Translations under genes and position numbers: made by a program
Shown: positions 21,500-31,205 of the stretch, piece after piece
Layout: every line of letters begins with the position of its first letter
Position numbering within the stretch: the first letter of the stretch is position 1
Source: a bacterium
GTDB taxonomy: Bacteria > Patescibacteriota > Microgenomatia > UBA10105 > UBA927
Assembly (NCBI GenBank): GCA_021817785.1
Contig: JAKAFY010000009.1
Coordinates: forward strand, 1-54,256
DNA: 54,256 bases
Direction: 5' to 3'
Notes under the pieces: generated by a model
What the model saw: only the letters and a program-made list of their open reading frames with translations
Database searches by the model: none
What the model was told of the DNA's origin: nothing

Positions 21500-22087
21500 A
21501 TGCATATTGTTTTTTTCGGGCCGGAGGGATCAGGAAAAGGGACACAAGCCAAATTATTAAGTGAAGCACTACATTTAAACATCCTCACGTCCGGCGATCT
21601 CGTCCGTGACGCGGCAACCCACGATCAGGGGATCATCGGCGAAGTATGCCGCCAGGCACTATCCGAAGGCAAATACGTCGCAGACAGCGAAATGTTCGTG
21701 TTGTGGAAGCATCGCTTAAAGCAGGACGACGCGATGAACGGATGGATCATGGATGGCTTCCCGAGAAATGTGGAACAGGCCAAATTTTTGGATGACAAAA
21801 TTGATAAATACGGGTACAAAGTAGAAAAGGTTATTTACCTCGAGCTTTCGGAAGAAGAATCCATGAAACGCCTTATTAAGCGCGCGAGGCCGCTCCATGA
21901 AGGAAGTTCCGAACTTCACGATTCACCGGAACGCATCAAACAACGTCTGGCGATTTACAAAGAGGGCGAGAAAGACGTGTTGGATTATTATCGCCAAAAA
22001 GGATTACTGGTTGAAGTAAACGCGGACAAATCCATAGAGGAAGTGCATCAGGATATCATGCAAGCCATTCAAAATACGACAACGTAA
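21500..22087 (+). CDS. adk: adenylate kinase family NMP kinase (short LID)
   Basis: GPEGSGKGTQA, SGDLVR, DGFPR; follows secY. Confidence 0.9.
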   Translation: MHIVFFGPEGSGKGTQAKLLSEALHLNILTSGDLVRDAATHDQGIIGEVCRQALSEGKYVADSEMFVLWKHRLKQDDAMNGWIMDGFPRNVEQAKFLDDKIDKYGYKVEKVIYLELSEEESMKRLIKRARPLHEGSSELHDSPERIKQRLAIYKEGEKDVLDYYRQKGLLVEVNADKSIEEVHQDIMQAIQNTTT

Positions 22088-22097
22088 GGGTTGATAT

Positions 22098-22787
22098 ATG
22101 CAGAAGTGCGTACAGATTGCCATAGACGGTCCGGTCGGATCTGGAAAGAGTGATATTTCGGCACGTTTGGCTCATAGACTTGGTTTCGTTTTTCTTTATA
22201 CCGGGGCAATGTATCGTGCGCTTGCGTTGTTATGTATCCAACAGGGGGTGGATAGAAAAGATACACCCCGTGTGCTGTCTTTGTTATCGATTCATACCAT
22301 CGAATTAGTTCAAGCCGCCAGCGGAAGCAAGCGGCCATACCGCGTATTACTAGATGCTGTCGATGTTACAGAGAAATTATTTGTGCCAGACATAGATAAA
22401 GGTGCGTCCGATGTTGCAGTTTTGCCGGAAGTCAGGCAGTATATGGTGAAACGGCAACAAGAATTAGCGGTTGGAAAGAACGTAGTTATGGAAGGCAGAG
22501 ATATAGGGCTACGTGTACTCCCGAATGCTGATATAAAAATTTATTTGACGGCGAAACCTGAAGAACGGGCAAAACGAAGACTGCTACAATATCAGCGTCA
22601 GGGAAAAATAATTTCATTGGATGAAATGATTGCTGATACGAAAGCTCGAGACAAACAGGATTCCACACGCGTTACTGATCCGCTTCAAAAGCTCCCCGAT
22701 GCATGGGAGCTTGATACTACTGGTTTGACACAGGAAGGTGTAGTGGAAGTCATTATTGATGAATTAAAGAAAAGGATGTTACTATGA
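22098..22787 (+). CDS. cmk: cytidylate kinase
   Basis: IAIDGPVGSGK, TGAMYRA, VMEGRDIG. Confidence 0.95.
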   Translation: MQKCVQIAIDGPVGSGKSDISARLAHRLGFVFLYTGAMYRALALLCIQQGVDRKDTPRVLSLLSIHTIELVQAASGSKRPYRVLLDAVDVTEKLFVPDIDKGASDVAVLPEVRQYMVKRQQELAVGKNVVMEGRDIGLRVLPNADIKIYLTAKPEERAKRRLLQYQRQGKIISLDEMIADTKARDKQDSTRVTDPLQKLPDAWELDTTGLTQEGVVEVIIDELKKRMLL

Positions 22788-23566
22788 ACAAACCAAACGA
22801 GCGGAAAATCGCCGCAATGACCGAAGGAGGAGCCAAAATGGGAGTCATCCTACAGGAACTCCTTGCGTTTTCCCAGCCCGGGGTTACTCTGCAGCAGGTC
22901 GAAGACCTTGCGATGAAGCGAATCCTGGAGGCAGGGGGAAAAGCGTCATTTACGACCGTAGAGGATTATAAATGGGCAACGTGTTTGTGCGTGAACGACG
23001 TAATCGTACACGGCATTCCGAATTCCCGGGTCCTTACAGAAGGGGACGTTTTTACGATTGATGTCGGTATGATCTATAAAGGGTTCCATACAGACACCGC
23101 ATGGTCAAAAATAATATGCAAAAAGGGATTTGTTGCAGATCCTAAAACAGAGCGATTCTTGGCAGTGGGGAAAGAAGCATTGCGCGACGCGATTGCGCAG
23201 GCACGTGTAGGAAATCGCATCGGCCATATTTCCCAGACGATCCAGCGCATCGTCGAAGGCGCCGGATACGGCATCGTCAAATCGCTCGTGGGACACGGTG
23301 TCGGCGAAGAACTTCATATGCCGCCGCAAATTCCGGGATATCTGAAGGGTAAAGTAACGTCCACATTACCGCTTGCCGCCGGCATGACGATTGCCATAGA
23401 GATTATCTATACGATGGGCAAACCAGCTGTCTATTATGCCAATGACGACGGATGGTCGATCGCGACCCGCGACCATTCCCTTTCTGCGGTATTCGAACAA
23501 ACTGTCCTGGTGACCGACGGGGACCCTGTTGCAATCACTCCGGCCCCGGAAAAATATTCCCCTTGA
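22784..23566 (+). CDS. map: methionine aminopeptidase type I
   Basis: VHGIP, IDVG...HTDTA, GHGVG..LH. Confidence 0.95.
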   Translation: MNKPNERKIAAMTEGGAKMGVILQELLAFSQPGVTLQQVEDLAMKRILEAGGKASFTTVEDYKWATCLCVNDVIVHGIPNSRVLTEGDVFTIDVGMIYKGFHTDTAWSKIICKKGFVADPKTERFLAVGKEALRDAIAQARVGNRIGHISQTIQRIVEGAGYGIVKSLVGHGVGEELHMPPQIPGYLKGKVTSTLPLAAGMTIAIEIIYTMGKPAVYYANDDGWSIATRDHSLSAVFEQTVLVTDGDPVAITPAPEKYSP

Positions 23567-23591
23567 CGCGATAATTATTCTCACCTATTCT
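23563..23591 (+). promoter_or_regulatory. sigma70-type promoter, probably giving a leaderless mRNA
   Basis: TTGACG-N17-TATTCT, 7 nt before ATG 23599. Confidence 0.55.
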
Positions 23592-23598
23592 TGAACAG

Positions 23599-25596
23599 AT
23601 GAAGAAATTTTTCCTCTTAGTGGGGATAGTGGTTGTATTAGGTGCCGCAGGAGTATATTACCAGCGCACACATCCTCCGAAACACCATATTAAGCTCTAT
23701 TGGTTTATCCCTGACGGCGTCAGGGCAGAGCCGTCTTTGTTTACCGTATTTGAATGGGCGAAAGAAGGAAAGCTCCCGAATATCAAAAAACTTATGGATA
23801 GGGGGACGTACGGATATTCCTACCCCAATTTTCCGAGTCACACTCCGACCAATTTTGCCGCGCTTCTGACCGGATCATACCCCGAAATAAACGGCGTTGA
23901 CGATGGTCCCATGCGGGAGGTAGGGAAGCCGTTAAATGCTGTGGCCGTGCCGGGATTCCGGTCGACCGCCAAAAAAGTTCCCCCGATTTGGAAAACGCTG
24001 GAAGAAGCAGGCATGAAAGTAGCTATTGTGTCCGTTCCCGGATCCACGCCTCCGGAAGTGCAAAAAGGAGTCGTCATCCGCGGCCGGTGGGGAGGATGGG
24101 GTGCGGATTTCAATGCGATCAATTTCGAAACCAAGGGAGATCTGACGCAACGTGTGAAACAAGGACGAGCCGTCAAGCTCTTTTATTTCGGCGCGACACT
24201 TTCCAATTACGTTGACGGGGTAGCGCCCACCGGATGGGAACACGCGCCGAAAAGCTATAGCCCGGCTATAGAAATTCCGCTGCTTGGGTGGGGGAAGACA
24301 ATCTATGCCTATATGTATGACTCCAAAGACGATAACCACGTGGCGTACGATCGGGTTGCGTTTTCGCTTGATAAAAAAACAATCATCGGAGATATAGGGA
24401 CCGGGGAATGGACGTCATGGAAGCCGATTACGCTGGTTTGGAAAACTGCCGATGCGTCCGTACAGGTGCCGTCGCATTTCCGGGCTACGGTCATAAAGCT
24501 CGGAGACAACGGATTTTTCCGCATTCGGATTCTTTACGACACGCTGAACCGTTACATTACCTTCCCGGAGTCTGCATCCGATATGCTGGAAGCATCGGTT
24601 GGTCCCATGGTGGATTTTGCGGATAATTTCCCGGCGCAACTCATCTATTATCCCGAAGACAAAAAAACCTTTATGGACGAATCTGACTTCTCGTTTGACT
24701 GGCATACGAGGGCGGTGCCCGCTATAGCAAAGGATTTTTCGCCGGACGTAGTCATTCAGGATATCTATACACCCAATCAAATGCTGACCAGTAAATGGTG
24801 GATGGGATACGTAGATCCTTCAGGCAGCGGATACAATACGATGCCGCCTGCGGAGCGTGAAAAATTGTGGCAGGAAGTGCAGGGGATGTATAAAAAGCTG
24901 GACAATATGATCGGGGAAATGCTGAAAGTGTCGGATTCACAGACCTATATCGTATTGAGTTCCGATCACGGCGCAATTCCTTTAAATCAAAGCGTAAACT
25001 TGAATAACCTATTCGCACAAAAAGGCTGGCTTAAATTTACCATAGACCCAAAGACCGGGGAACCGAATATCGATTGGGCACACTCCCAGGTCATCTATCT
25101 TAAGATGGCACACGTGTATATCAATCCGAACGGCCTCGCTGGTCCGTATATTCGCGGAACCGGGCCTGCATACGAAGCATTGCGCAATGACGTCATCCAG
25201 ACGCTCAAAGATCTCCGCGATGCCAATGGCAATGCTCCTGTGTCAGACATCGTCAAATGGGAGGATGCTAAATCATATATGCAGTTGGATCCGGACAGAA
25301 TCGGTGATCTGGTGATCGCAAATGCTCCGGGATTCGGTTGGAATGAGGAAATGACCAATGATCTTGCGGTGTTTTCTAAACCATTGGTTACCGGGTACAA
25401 ACAGGCAATTAAAGCGATCGATGTCCCGGGCATGTGGACGCCGTTTATCATCGCAGGCCCCGGAATCAAACAGAATAACTTTCTGGGAAATACGCCGTTT
25501 AGTCTGGTGGATCAGTATCCCACGATTATGAAGGCGTTGGGAGTGAAGTCACCGGGGTTTGTCCAGGGGAAAGCGCTTGATATTTTTACCAGGTAA
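23599..25596 (+). CDS. membrane-anchored alkaline-phosphatase-superfamily protein (nucleotide pyrophosphatase/phosphodiesterase type)
   Basis: IPDG, PSHTPTNFAALLTG (Thr nucleophile position), LSSDHG, GDLVI; N-terminal TM helix. Confidence 0.85.
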   Translation: MKKFFLLVGIVVVLGAAGVYYQRTHPPKHHIKLYWFIPDGVRAEPSLFTVFEWAKEGKLPNIKKLMDRGTYGYSYPNFPSHTPTNFAALLTGSYPEINGVDDGPMREVGKPLNAVAVPGFRSTAKKVPPIWKTLEEAGMKVAIVSVPGSTPPEVQKGVVIRGRWGGWGADFNAINFETKGDLTQRVKQGRAVKLFYFGATLSNYVDGVAPTGWEHAPKSYSPAIEIPLLGWGKTIYAYMYDSKDDNHVAYDRVAFSLDKKTIIGDIGTGEWTSWKPITLVWKTADASVQVPSHFRATVIKLGDNGFFRIRILYDTLNRYITFPESASDMLEASVGPMVDFADNFPAQLIYYPEDKKTFMDESDFSFDWHTRAVPAIAKDFSPDVVIQDIYTPNQMLTSKWWMGYVDPSGSGYNTMPPAEREKLWQEVQGMYKKLDNMIGEMLKVSDSQTYIVLSSDHGAIPLNQSVNLNNLFAQKGWLKFTIDPKTGEPNIDWAHSQVIYLKMAHVYINPNGLAGPYIRGTGPAYEALRNDVIQTLKDLRDANGNAPVSDIVKWEDAKSYMQLDPDRIGDLVIANAPGFGWNEEMTNDLAVFSKPLVTGYKQAIKAIDVPGMWTPFIIAGPGIKQNNFLGNTPFSLVDQYPTIMKALGVKSPGFVQGKALDIFTR

Positions 25597-25646
25597 CCGT
25601 ATTCCAAAAAAATTACCCTCTTTGTCATTACATCGCTGGATACACC

Positions 25647-26264
25647 TTATCTTCCTTTTCCGCAGCGGGTAGCCAGAAATTGTTGTGTTAACGCGGTTTC
25701 ATGATCCTCAAAATCTTTCGTCGGTGCGATGAATTCCAGACGCAGAGTCATCGATGAGGCAGGGCAATAAAAGAATGCCATGATTCCTTTGTATACTGCC
25801 TGGTTTTGCGAACATGATCCGAATGTCATGCGATTATTGAGGTAGCCGATAAAATACCGGACCGTTGTGCCGTCTGCGAGTTCGGCGGTCTTATACGAGG
25901 GCACGAATGCAGCATCGCATACAATTGCATCAGAAATATCCCCGGGGTACGGAGCAGGCGCTTTTTCAAAGAGTGCTTTCATACGAAGAACGGACGCGTC
26001 AAGATTATCAGTCGCGGTAGCTTTGTCCACCCGTTGGGCCTCTATGCGTATATATCGATTGGTAAACGTATACAGGGCCCGATAGACAGCTGCGGTATCC
26101 GAATAGTTTTCTTTAAGCCGGTATGAAGAACTTCCCGGGATAGATACGCACGACAACCGATTGCAGAGCGAATGCGGTGCCAACGAGTTCCATGAAAAAA
26201 ATCCGATGCCGATGATGCAAATTACACACAGGATTCCTATGATGATATGGTTGGCTTTCAGCAT
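25647..26264 (-). CDS. hypothetical membrane-anchored Cys-rich protein
   Basis: N-terminal TM helix, 6 Cys in the soluble part; fills the gap between two cassette genes. Confidence 0.7.
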   Translation of the reverse strand: MLKANHIIIGILCVICIIGIGFFSWNSLAPHSLCNRLSCVSIPGSSSYRLKENYSDTAAVYRALYTFTNRYIRIEAQRVDKATATDNLDASVLRMKALFEKAPAPYPGDISDAIVCDAAFVPSYKTAELADGTTVRYFIGYLNNRMTFGSCSQNQAVYKGIMAFFYCPASSMTLRLEFIAPTKDFEDHETALTQQFLATRCGKGR

Positions 26265-26297
26265 GTGTATACGGTAGTATAGAATACTATACACGAT

Positions 26298-27695
26298 ATG
26301 ATTCCGCGGTCTGTCACAAAATATGGCGCTATCCTTATAGCGTCCCTCTGTCTTGGATATATATTATACCTCGCAGCGGCGTATATTGTGCCGTTGAGAA
26401 AGCATGTAGCGGCCAAGGTGCCCATATGTAAAGGCTGCAATGTTCTTCTTATTGCGATAGATCCGCTACGGGTCGATGCGCTGCATGTTCTTGGTAATCC
26501 GAGATCGATTACTCCGACACTGGATAGTTTGTCCAAACAAGGCTTTTTGTTTACTAACGCTGTTGCTGCTTCCTCGTGGACGCTTCCGTCAGCGATGAGT
26601 CTTATGACCGGGACCTATCCGTCCGTTCATAAAATCACGAATAAAGAGCTGATAAGTCATGGTCCAAAGGTTCCACTTATTCCGGCTAATTTATATACGG
26701 AGAATCCGCAGATGATGACATTGGCGAGCGTTTTGCGGCAGAGAGGATACGTCACCGCAGGGTTTGGGGGTGGAGCAGCACTGGATCCGTCATACGGATT
26801 CGGTGAAGGATTCGATACCTACAGCAGCCCCGGGGAATTTGAAGGGGTCTCCCAGGGATTTCCCAAAGCGTTGGAATTTGCCAAAAAACATGTCAAAGAT
26901 CAGATGTTTATATTTCTGCATGGGTTTGATGTACACGGACAATATATGCCTCCAACCGGCCTGACCAAAAAATTTGTAGATCCCTCGTATCACGGGACGT
27001 TGACCGGATCGAAAGAAGAGCAAAAAGCATTGCGCGAACAGGGTGTCATGCAGCAGGAAGTCTATCTTACTCCGGAGGATACGGCGTTTCTTCGGGCAAT
27101 ATATGATGAAAAAATCGAACGTCTGGACCAGCAAATAGCCGTATTTCTCGCGGCATACCGCTCACTGCACGTTGCCCAAAACACTATTATTATATTTACA
27201 TCGGACCACGGTGATGAATTTTATGAACACGGGAGAATCGATCATGGCATGACGCTCTATGACGAAGTCATACATGTTCCGCTCGTGATCGTTTTACCGG
27301 GTTCGTCGGGCGGCATTCGTATTACAGACCAGGTACGGAATATCGATATTATGCCGACGATTCTATCCCTGGTCGGCGTGGCGCCGCCTCCCGGCGTGGC
27401 GGAACAAATGGAAGGCGCAAGTCTGATACCGACGATGAAAGGACTCAATCAGCATCTGGACGCATATGCGGAAACAGCTTACCGGTACGCCACCTTCAAA
27501 AGCGCGATACGTACCTGGGACGGGTGGAAGCTCATATACGATCAGGATTCATTTGTGTATCATGTGTTCCACGTGCGCACGGATCCGAAAGAACTGACTG
27601 ATTATGCCCGGCAGGGCAACCCGATGGAACGGCAGCTGATCGATAAACTGACAGCCATTGTCGGTGACTTAAAAAGGCGTGGAGCCGCGTATTGA
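26298..27695 (+). CDS. membrane-anchored sulfatase-like hydrolase/transferase
   Basis: CKGCNVLLIAIDPLRVD, WTLPS..SLMTG.YP, TSDHGDEFYEHG, HVPLVI. Confidence 0.9.
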   Translation: MIPRSVTKYGAILIASLCLGYILYLAAAYIVPLRKHVAAKVPICKGCNVLLIAIDPLRVDALHVLGNPRSITPTLDSLSKQGFLFTNAVAASSWTLPSAMSLMTGTYPSVHKITNKELISHGPKVPLIPANLYTENPQMMTLASVLRQRGYVTAGFGGGAALDPSYGFGEGFDTYSSPGEFEGVSQGFPKALEFAKKHVKDQMFIFLHGFDVHGQYMPPTGLTKKFVDPSYHGTLTGSKEEQKALREQGVMQQEVYLTPEDTAFLRAIYDEKIERLDQQIAVFLAAYRSLHVAQNTIIIFTSDHGDEFYEHGRIDHGMTLYDEVIHVPLVIVLPGSSGGIRITDQVRNIDIMPTILSLVGVAPPPGVAEQMEGASLIPTMKGLNQHLDAYAETAYRYATFKSAIRTWDGWKLIYDQDSFVYHVFHVRTDPKELTDYARQGNPMERQLIDKLTAIVGDLKRRGAAY

Positions 27696-27720
27696 CCAAT
27701 TCATCGGTTTCAAGTATAAT
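27692..27720 (+). promoter_or_regulatory. sigma70-type promoter for infA-rpmJ-alpha operon
   Basis: TTGACC-N17-TATAAT. Confidence 0.75.
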
Positions 27721-27779
27721 AACCCCTGTATAGATTCCCTCTCTAACTAAGAGGGATATCTTGTTTGTCCGTTTATTTT

Positions 27780-27998
27780 ATGACACATCAGGGAAATATT
27801 GAAATAGATGGGGAAGTGGTTGAGTGTCTGCCAAATACGTTGTTTCGGGTGAAGTTAGCAAATGGTCATATCGTCTTGTGTCACCTGTCAGGCAAGATGA
27901 GGCTGCATTTCATCCGTATTATGCCCGGAGACCGGGTGAAGTTAGAGATGACGCCGTATGATCCGACAAAAGGGCGAATAACATACAGAACGAAATAA
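27780..27998 (+). CDS. infA: translation initiation factor IF-1
   Basis: [34 protein letters not shown]. Confidence 0.98.
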   Translation: MTHQGNIEIDGEVVECLPNTLFRVKLANGHIVLCHLSGKMRLHFIRIMPGDRVKLEMTPYDPTKGRITYRTK

Positions 27999-28000
27999 AT

Positions 28001-28114
28001 ATGAAAGTCCGAGCAAGCGTCAAACCAATGTGCCGAAAATGCAAAGTTGTCCGCCGGCGTGGCCGGGTATACATCATTTGCGACACACCCAAGCATAAAC
28101 AGCGACAGGGTTAA
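28001..28114 (+). CDS. rpmJ: 50S ribosomal protein L36 (not in ORF track)
   Basis: hand translation [37 protein letters not shown]. Confidence 0.98.
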   Translation: MKVRASVKPMCRKCKVVRRRGRVYIICDTPKHKQRQG

Positions 28115-28126
28115 CACGAGTATACA

Positions 28127-28198
28127 TAGTATAAAGTTCGTAAAGTTTTAAAGTTCATAACGTACTTTAAGCTTTATAAACTTTTGACTTGATAAACG
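28127..28198. repeat. AT-rich periodic palindrome (TAAAGTT units, then AACTTTA-like units), copy A
   Basis: first 39 nt match 28991-29029 with 2 mismatches. Confidence 0.75.
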
Positions 28199-28201
28199 AG
28201 T

Positions 28202-28612
28202 ATGGTACGTATTTCTGGAGTCGATTTACCAAACGAAAAGCGGCTGGATATCGCCCTTACCTATCTGTACGGTATCGGACGGACAAACGTTGTCCGCGTG
28301 TTGCAGATTGCGGGGCTCGATTCGAGCCGCAGGCTGAAGACATTAACGGATGACGAAGTAAGCAAGCTTTCCAAGATTATCGAAAAAGAGTTTATGGTCG
28401 AGGGAGACTTGCGCAGAAATGTCGGTGAAAATGTAAAACGGCTTATTGAAATCAAATCCTACCGCGGCATGCGGCATGCGCGGCGATTGCCCGGGCGCGG
28501 ACAGCGCACGAGGACCAACGCCCGTACGAAACGAGGCAAACGGATGACCGTCGGCGCTTTGAAGAAAGAAGATCGTGCAAAACAGGATGCACCGGCATCT
28601 GATACCAAATAA
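28202..28612 (+). CDS. rpsM: 30S ribosomal protein S13
   Basis: [26 protein letters not shown]. Confidence 0.98.
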   Translation: MVRISGVDLPNEKRLDIALTYLYGIGRTNVVRVLQIAGLDSSRRLKTLTDDEVSKLSKIIEKEFMVEGDLRRNVGENVKRLIEIKSYRGMRHARRLPGRGQRTRTNARTKRGKRMTVGALKKEDRAKQDAPASDTK

Positions 28613-28617
28613 TACCT

Positions 28618-28989
28618 ATGGCAACAAAAACAGCTTCACCAGTAACGGCAAAAGGACGCGTATATATTACTGCGACGTTTAATAACACCTTAGTCACTAT
28701 CACAGATGAACACGGAAACGCATTCTATTGGGGTTCTTCAGGGTTGGTGGGGTTTAAGGGTGCCCGTCGGGCTACTCCATATGCCGCAACTACCGCTGTG
28801 GAAGCAGTTGCCCGCAAAGCACAGGATGCAGGCATGCGGGAAGTGGAAGTCTACATCAAAGGACCGGGCGCCGGCCGTGATGCAGCACTTCGGGCGCTTA
28901 AGGCGGTCGGACTTACTATTTCGTTAATTGCTGATGTCACGCCGATTCCGCATAACGGAGTACGGCCCAAAAAGAAACGTAGAGTATAA
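28618..28989 (+). CDS. rpsK: 30S ribosomal protein S11
   Basis: [27 protein letters not shown]. Confidence 0.98.
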   Translation: MATKTASPVTAKGRVYITATFNNTLVTITDEHGNAFYWGSSGLVGFKGARRATPYAATTAVEAVARKAQDAGMREVEVYIKGPGAGRDAALRALKAVGLTISLIADVTPIPHNGVRPKKKRRV

Positions 28990-28990
28990 A

Positions 28991-29064
28991 TAGTATAAAG
29001 TTCGTAAAGTTGTAAAGTTCATAAAGTACGTTATGAACTTGAAAAACTTTTCACTTTATAAACG
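28991..29064. repeat. AT-rich periodic palindrome, copy B
   Basis: TAAAGTT-type units x4, then reverse-complement-like units. Confidence 0.75.
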
Positions 29065-29070
29065 TAATAT

Positions 29071-29694
29071 ATGGCACGATATACAGGACCAAAAAATAGA
29101 CTGTCACGTAAAGAAGGCATTGACCTCGGATTTAAAACCGTGGGAAGCCATGCGCATGCGTCGCTGCTCCGCAGGCTCAAGGTCCCGCCCGGTCAGCACG
29201 GCCCGAAAGGAACACGGCGAAAAGTATCAGCCTACGGAACCCAGCTTCGGGAGAAGCAAAAAGTCAAACGGATGTATGGATTGCTCGAACGGCAATTCCG
29301 CCGCTACTACACCATGGCCCGGAAATGGCGCGGGAATACCGGAGACATGTTGGTACAGTTTTTGGAGCGCCGGCTGGATAACACGATGTACCGATTGGGA
29401 CTTGCTCCGACGCGCACATCAGCACGTCAGTTTGTGTCTCACGGTCATGTATTAGTCAACGGGGAACGGGTGAATATCCCGTCCTATCTTGTGGCGGTTG
29501 ACCAGGTTATCACCCTAAAGCCAAAAGGTGCCAACATTCCGGCAGTCAAAAAATTATTGGATGAGAAGTCATTTACGCCTCCCGAATGGTTGGAGCGAAA
29601 AGGACCGGCAGGGAAAGTCGTGCGGTTGCCGGAGCGCGACGATGTGAAAGAAGATATCAATACACAGTATATTGTGGAATATTATTCTCGTTAA
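29071..29694 (+). CDS. rpsD: 30S ribosomal protein S4
   Basis: MARYTGP, QLREKQKVK, LERRLDN, IVEYYSR. Confidence 0.98.
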   Translation: MARYTGPKNRLSRKEGIDLGFKTVGSHAHASLLRRLKVPPGQHGPKGTRRKVSAYGTQLREKQKVKRMYGLLERQFRRYYTMARKWRGNTGDMLVQFLERRLDNTMYRLGLAPTRTSARQFVSHGHVLVNGERVNIPSYLVAVDQVITLKPKGANIPAVKKLLDEKSFTPPEWLERKGPAGKVVRLPERDDVKEDINTQYIVEYYSR

Positions 29695-29702
29695 AGGAGG
29701 AC

Positions 29703-29780
29703 GTTTCGGAGTGTAGACGTTTAGCAGTCTGGTTATGTTCGACTAAACTACTAAATGACTAAATCCCTAAACTTCTAAAA
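29703..29780. repeat. 8-nt periodic palindrome (GTTTAG-like arm, then CTAAA x5)
   Basis: CTAAACTA CTAAATGA CTAAATCC CTAAACTT CTAAAA preceded by GTTTCGGA GTGTAGAC GTTTAGCA. Confidence 0.6.
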
Positions 29781-29783
29781 AGT

Positions 29784-30704
29784 ATGATGGAGCCAAATTT
29801 TGTGATTAAAACCGAAGTAGAAAAACCGAATTACGGAATGTTTGTCATCGAGCCGTTAGAACAGGGCTACGGACACACCCTGGGCAATAGTTTGCGCCGG
29901 GTCTTGATTTCTTCTTTGTCAGGAGCGGCACTTACGTCGGTAAAAATTGCCGGCGTCAGTCACCAGTTTTCCGCACTCGAAGGACTCAAAGAGGACGTCG
30001 TAGAACTTATTCTGAATTTGAAAAAAGTCCGCCTTGCTATGGCAAGTGGGGAAAATACGGTTATCAAATTGTCCAAAAAAGGTCCGGGTACGGTCACTGC
30101 GGGGGATTTTGAAGTTCCGGCCGGGGTGGAAATCGTCAACCCCGATCTCGTGATCGCGTCACTCGCGGACAAAAAAGCATCGCTGGAAATTGAAGCGACA
30201 GTCGCAAAAGGATACGGGTATGTACAGGCCGACGAACAAAAAGTCGATGAAGTCGGACGGATTTCGATAGACTCATTGTTCAGTCCGGTCGTCCGGGTAA
30301 ACTACCGGGTGGATGCTACCCGCGTCGGGCGCATGACCAATTTGGATAAACTGGTTATGGAAATCTGGACAGACGAAACAGTCAGTCCGCTGGCAGCGTT
30401 AAAGCAGGCTGCGAAGATATTGGTGTCCTATTTTGTGCAGGTATACGAACCGAAAGCAAAAGTGATGGAAGAAAACGTCGCGGTTACCCCGGCGGTTTCG
30501 GACGAAGTGTTAAAGATGCGCATAGAAGAGCTGGACATTCCGACACGGATTGTAAACGCATTGGCCAGAGGCAGCATCGAAACGATCGGCCAGCTATTGG
30601 CAGCGCCGAGAGCAGAACTCATGAAGATCAAAAATCTGGGTGCCAAATCCCTTTCGATCGTAGAGGAAAAACTTCATGAAAAGGGAGTCGTATTGACAGT
30701 ATAA
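29784..30704 (+). CDS. rpoA: RNA polymerase alpha subunit
   Basis: EPLEQGYGHTLGNSLRRVL, FSPVVRVNY, KNLGAKSL. Confidence 0.99.
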   Translation: MMEPNFVIKTEVEKPNYGMFVIEPLEQGYGHTLGNSLRRVLISSLSGAALTSVKIAGVSHQFSALEGLKEDVVELILNLKKVRLAMASGENTVIKLSKKGPGTVTAGDFEVPAGVEIVNPDLVIASLADKKASLEIEATVAKGYGYVQADEQKVDEVGRISIDSLFSPVVRVNYRVDATRVGRMTNLDKLVMEIWTDETVSPLAALKQAAKILVSYFVQVYEPKAKVMEENVAVTPAVSDEVLKMRIEELDIPTRIVNALARGSIETIGQLLAAPRAELMKIKNLGAKSLSIVEEKLHEKGVVLTV

Positions 30705-30713
30705 ATACCGCCT

Positions 30714-31202
30714 ATGAAGCATGGATATTACGGTAGAAAATTGGGGAGAAATGTCGGGGAGCGGCGTCTTCTGTTTATGGCGCTGGTTCGCGCGCTGATC
30801 ACACACGGGCGTCTCAAAACGACACTCGCGAAAGCGAAAGCTATCCAGCCGACGGTAGACAAGCTTATCACAAAGGCAAAAAACGGTTCAAACGCGTCGG
30901 TTACGGAGCTTCGGAAAACATTAGCTCTGGAAACGGCGGTAGCCGAGCTTCGCGAAATGGCCAAAACGCGGTTTGCAGCACGAACCAGCGGCTATACCCG
31001 TATTCTTAAACTTGGGAAGCGGTATGGAGATGCCGCGGAGATGGTTATCATGGAATTTGTCGACCCGGCGGTTGCGAAAGCGGAAGTGGTCAAAAAAGTT
31101 CATACAAAAGAAACGCCGAGCGTACAGGAAGCGGAACTCGTCAAAGAACACAAACCCGTCAAACCAGCAAAAAAATCTGCTGCAAAGACGGCAAAAAAAT
31201 AA
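30714..31202 (+). CDS. rplQ: 50S ribosomal protein L17 with Lys-rich C-terminal extension
   Basis: RKLGR, TTLAKAK, SGYTRILK, GDAAEM. Confidence 0.97.
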   Translation: MKHGYYGRKLGRNVGERRLLFMALVRALITHGRLKTTLAKAKAIQPTVDKLITKAKNGSNASVTELRKTLALETAVAELREMAKTRFAARTSGYTRILKLGKRYGDAAEMVIMEFVDPAVAKAEVVKKVHTKETPSVQEAELVKEHKPVKPAKKSAAKTAKK

Positions 31203-31205
31203 CCT

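Noticed and set aside
28127-29064. AT-rich repeats as a CRISPR array
   Set aside because: No repeat-spacer periodicity, copies are separated by ribosomal genes, and no cas genes are present
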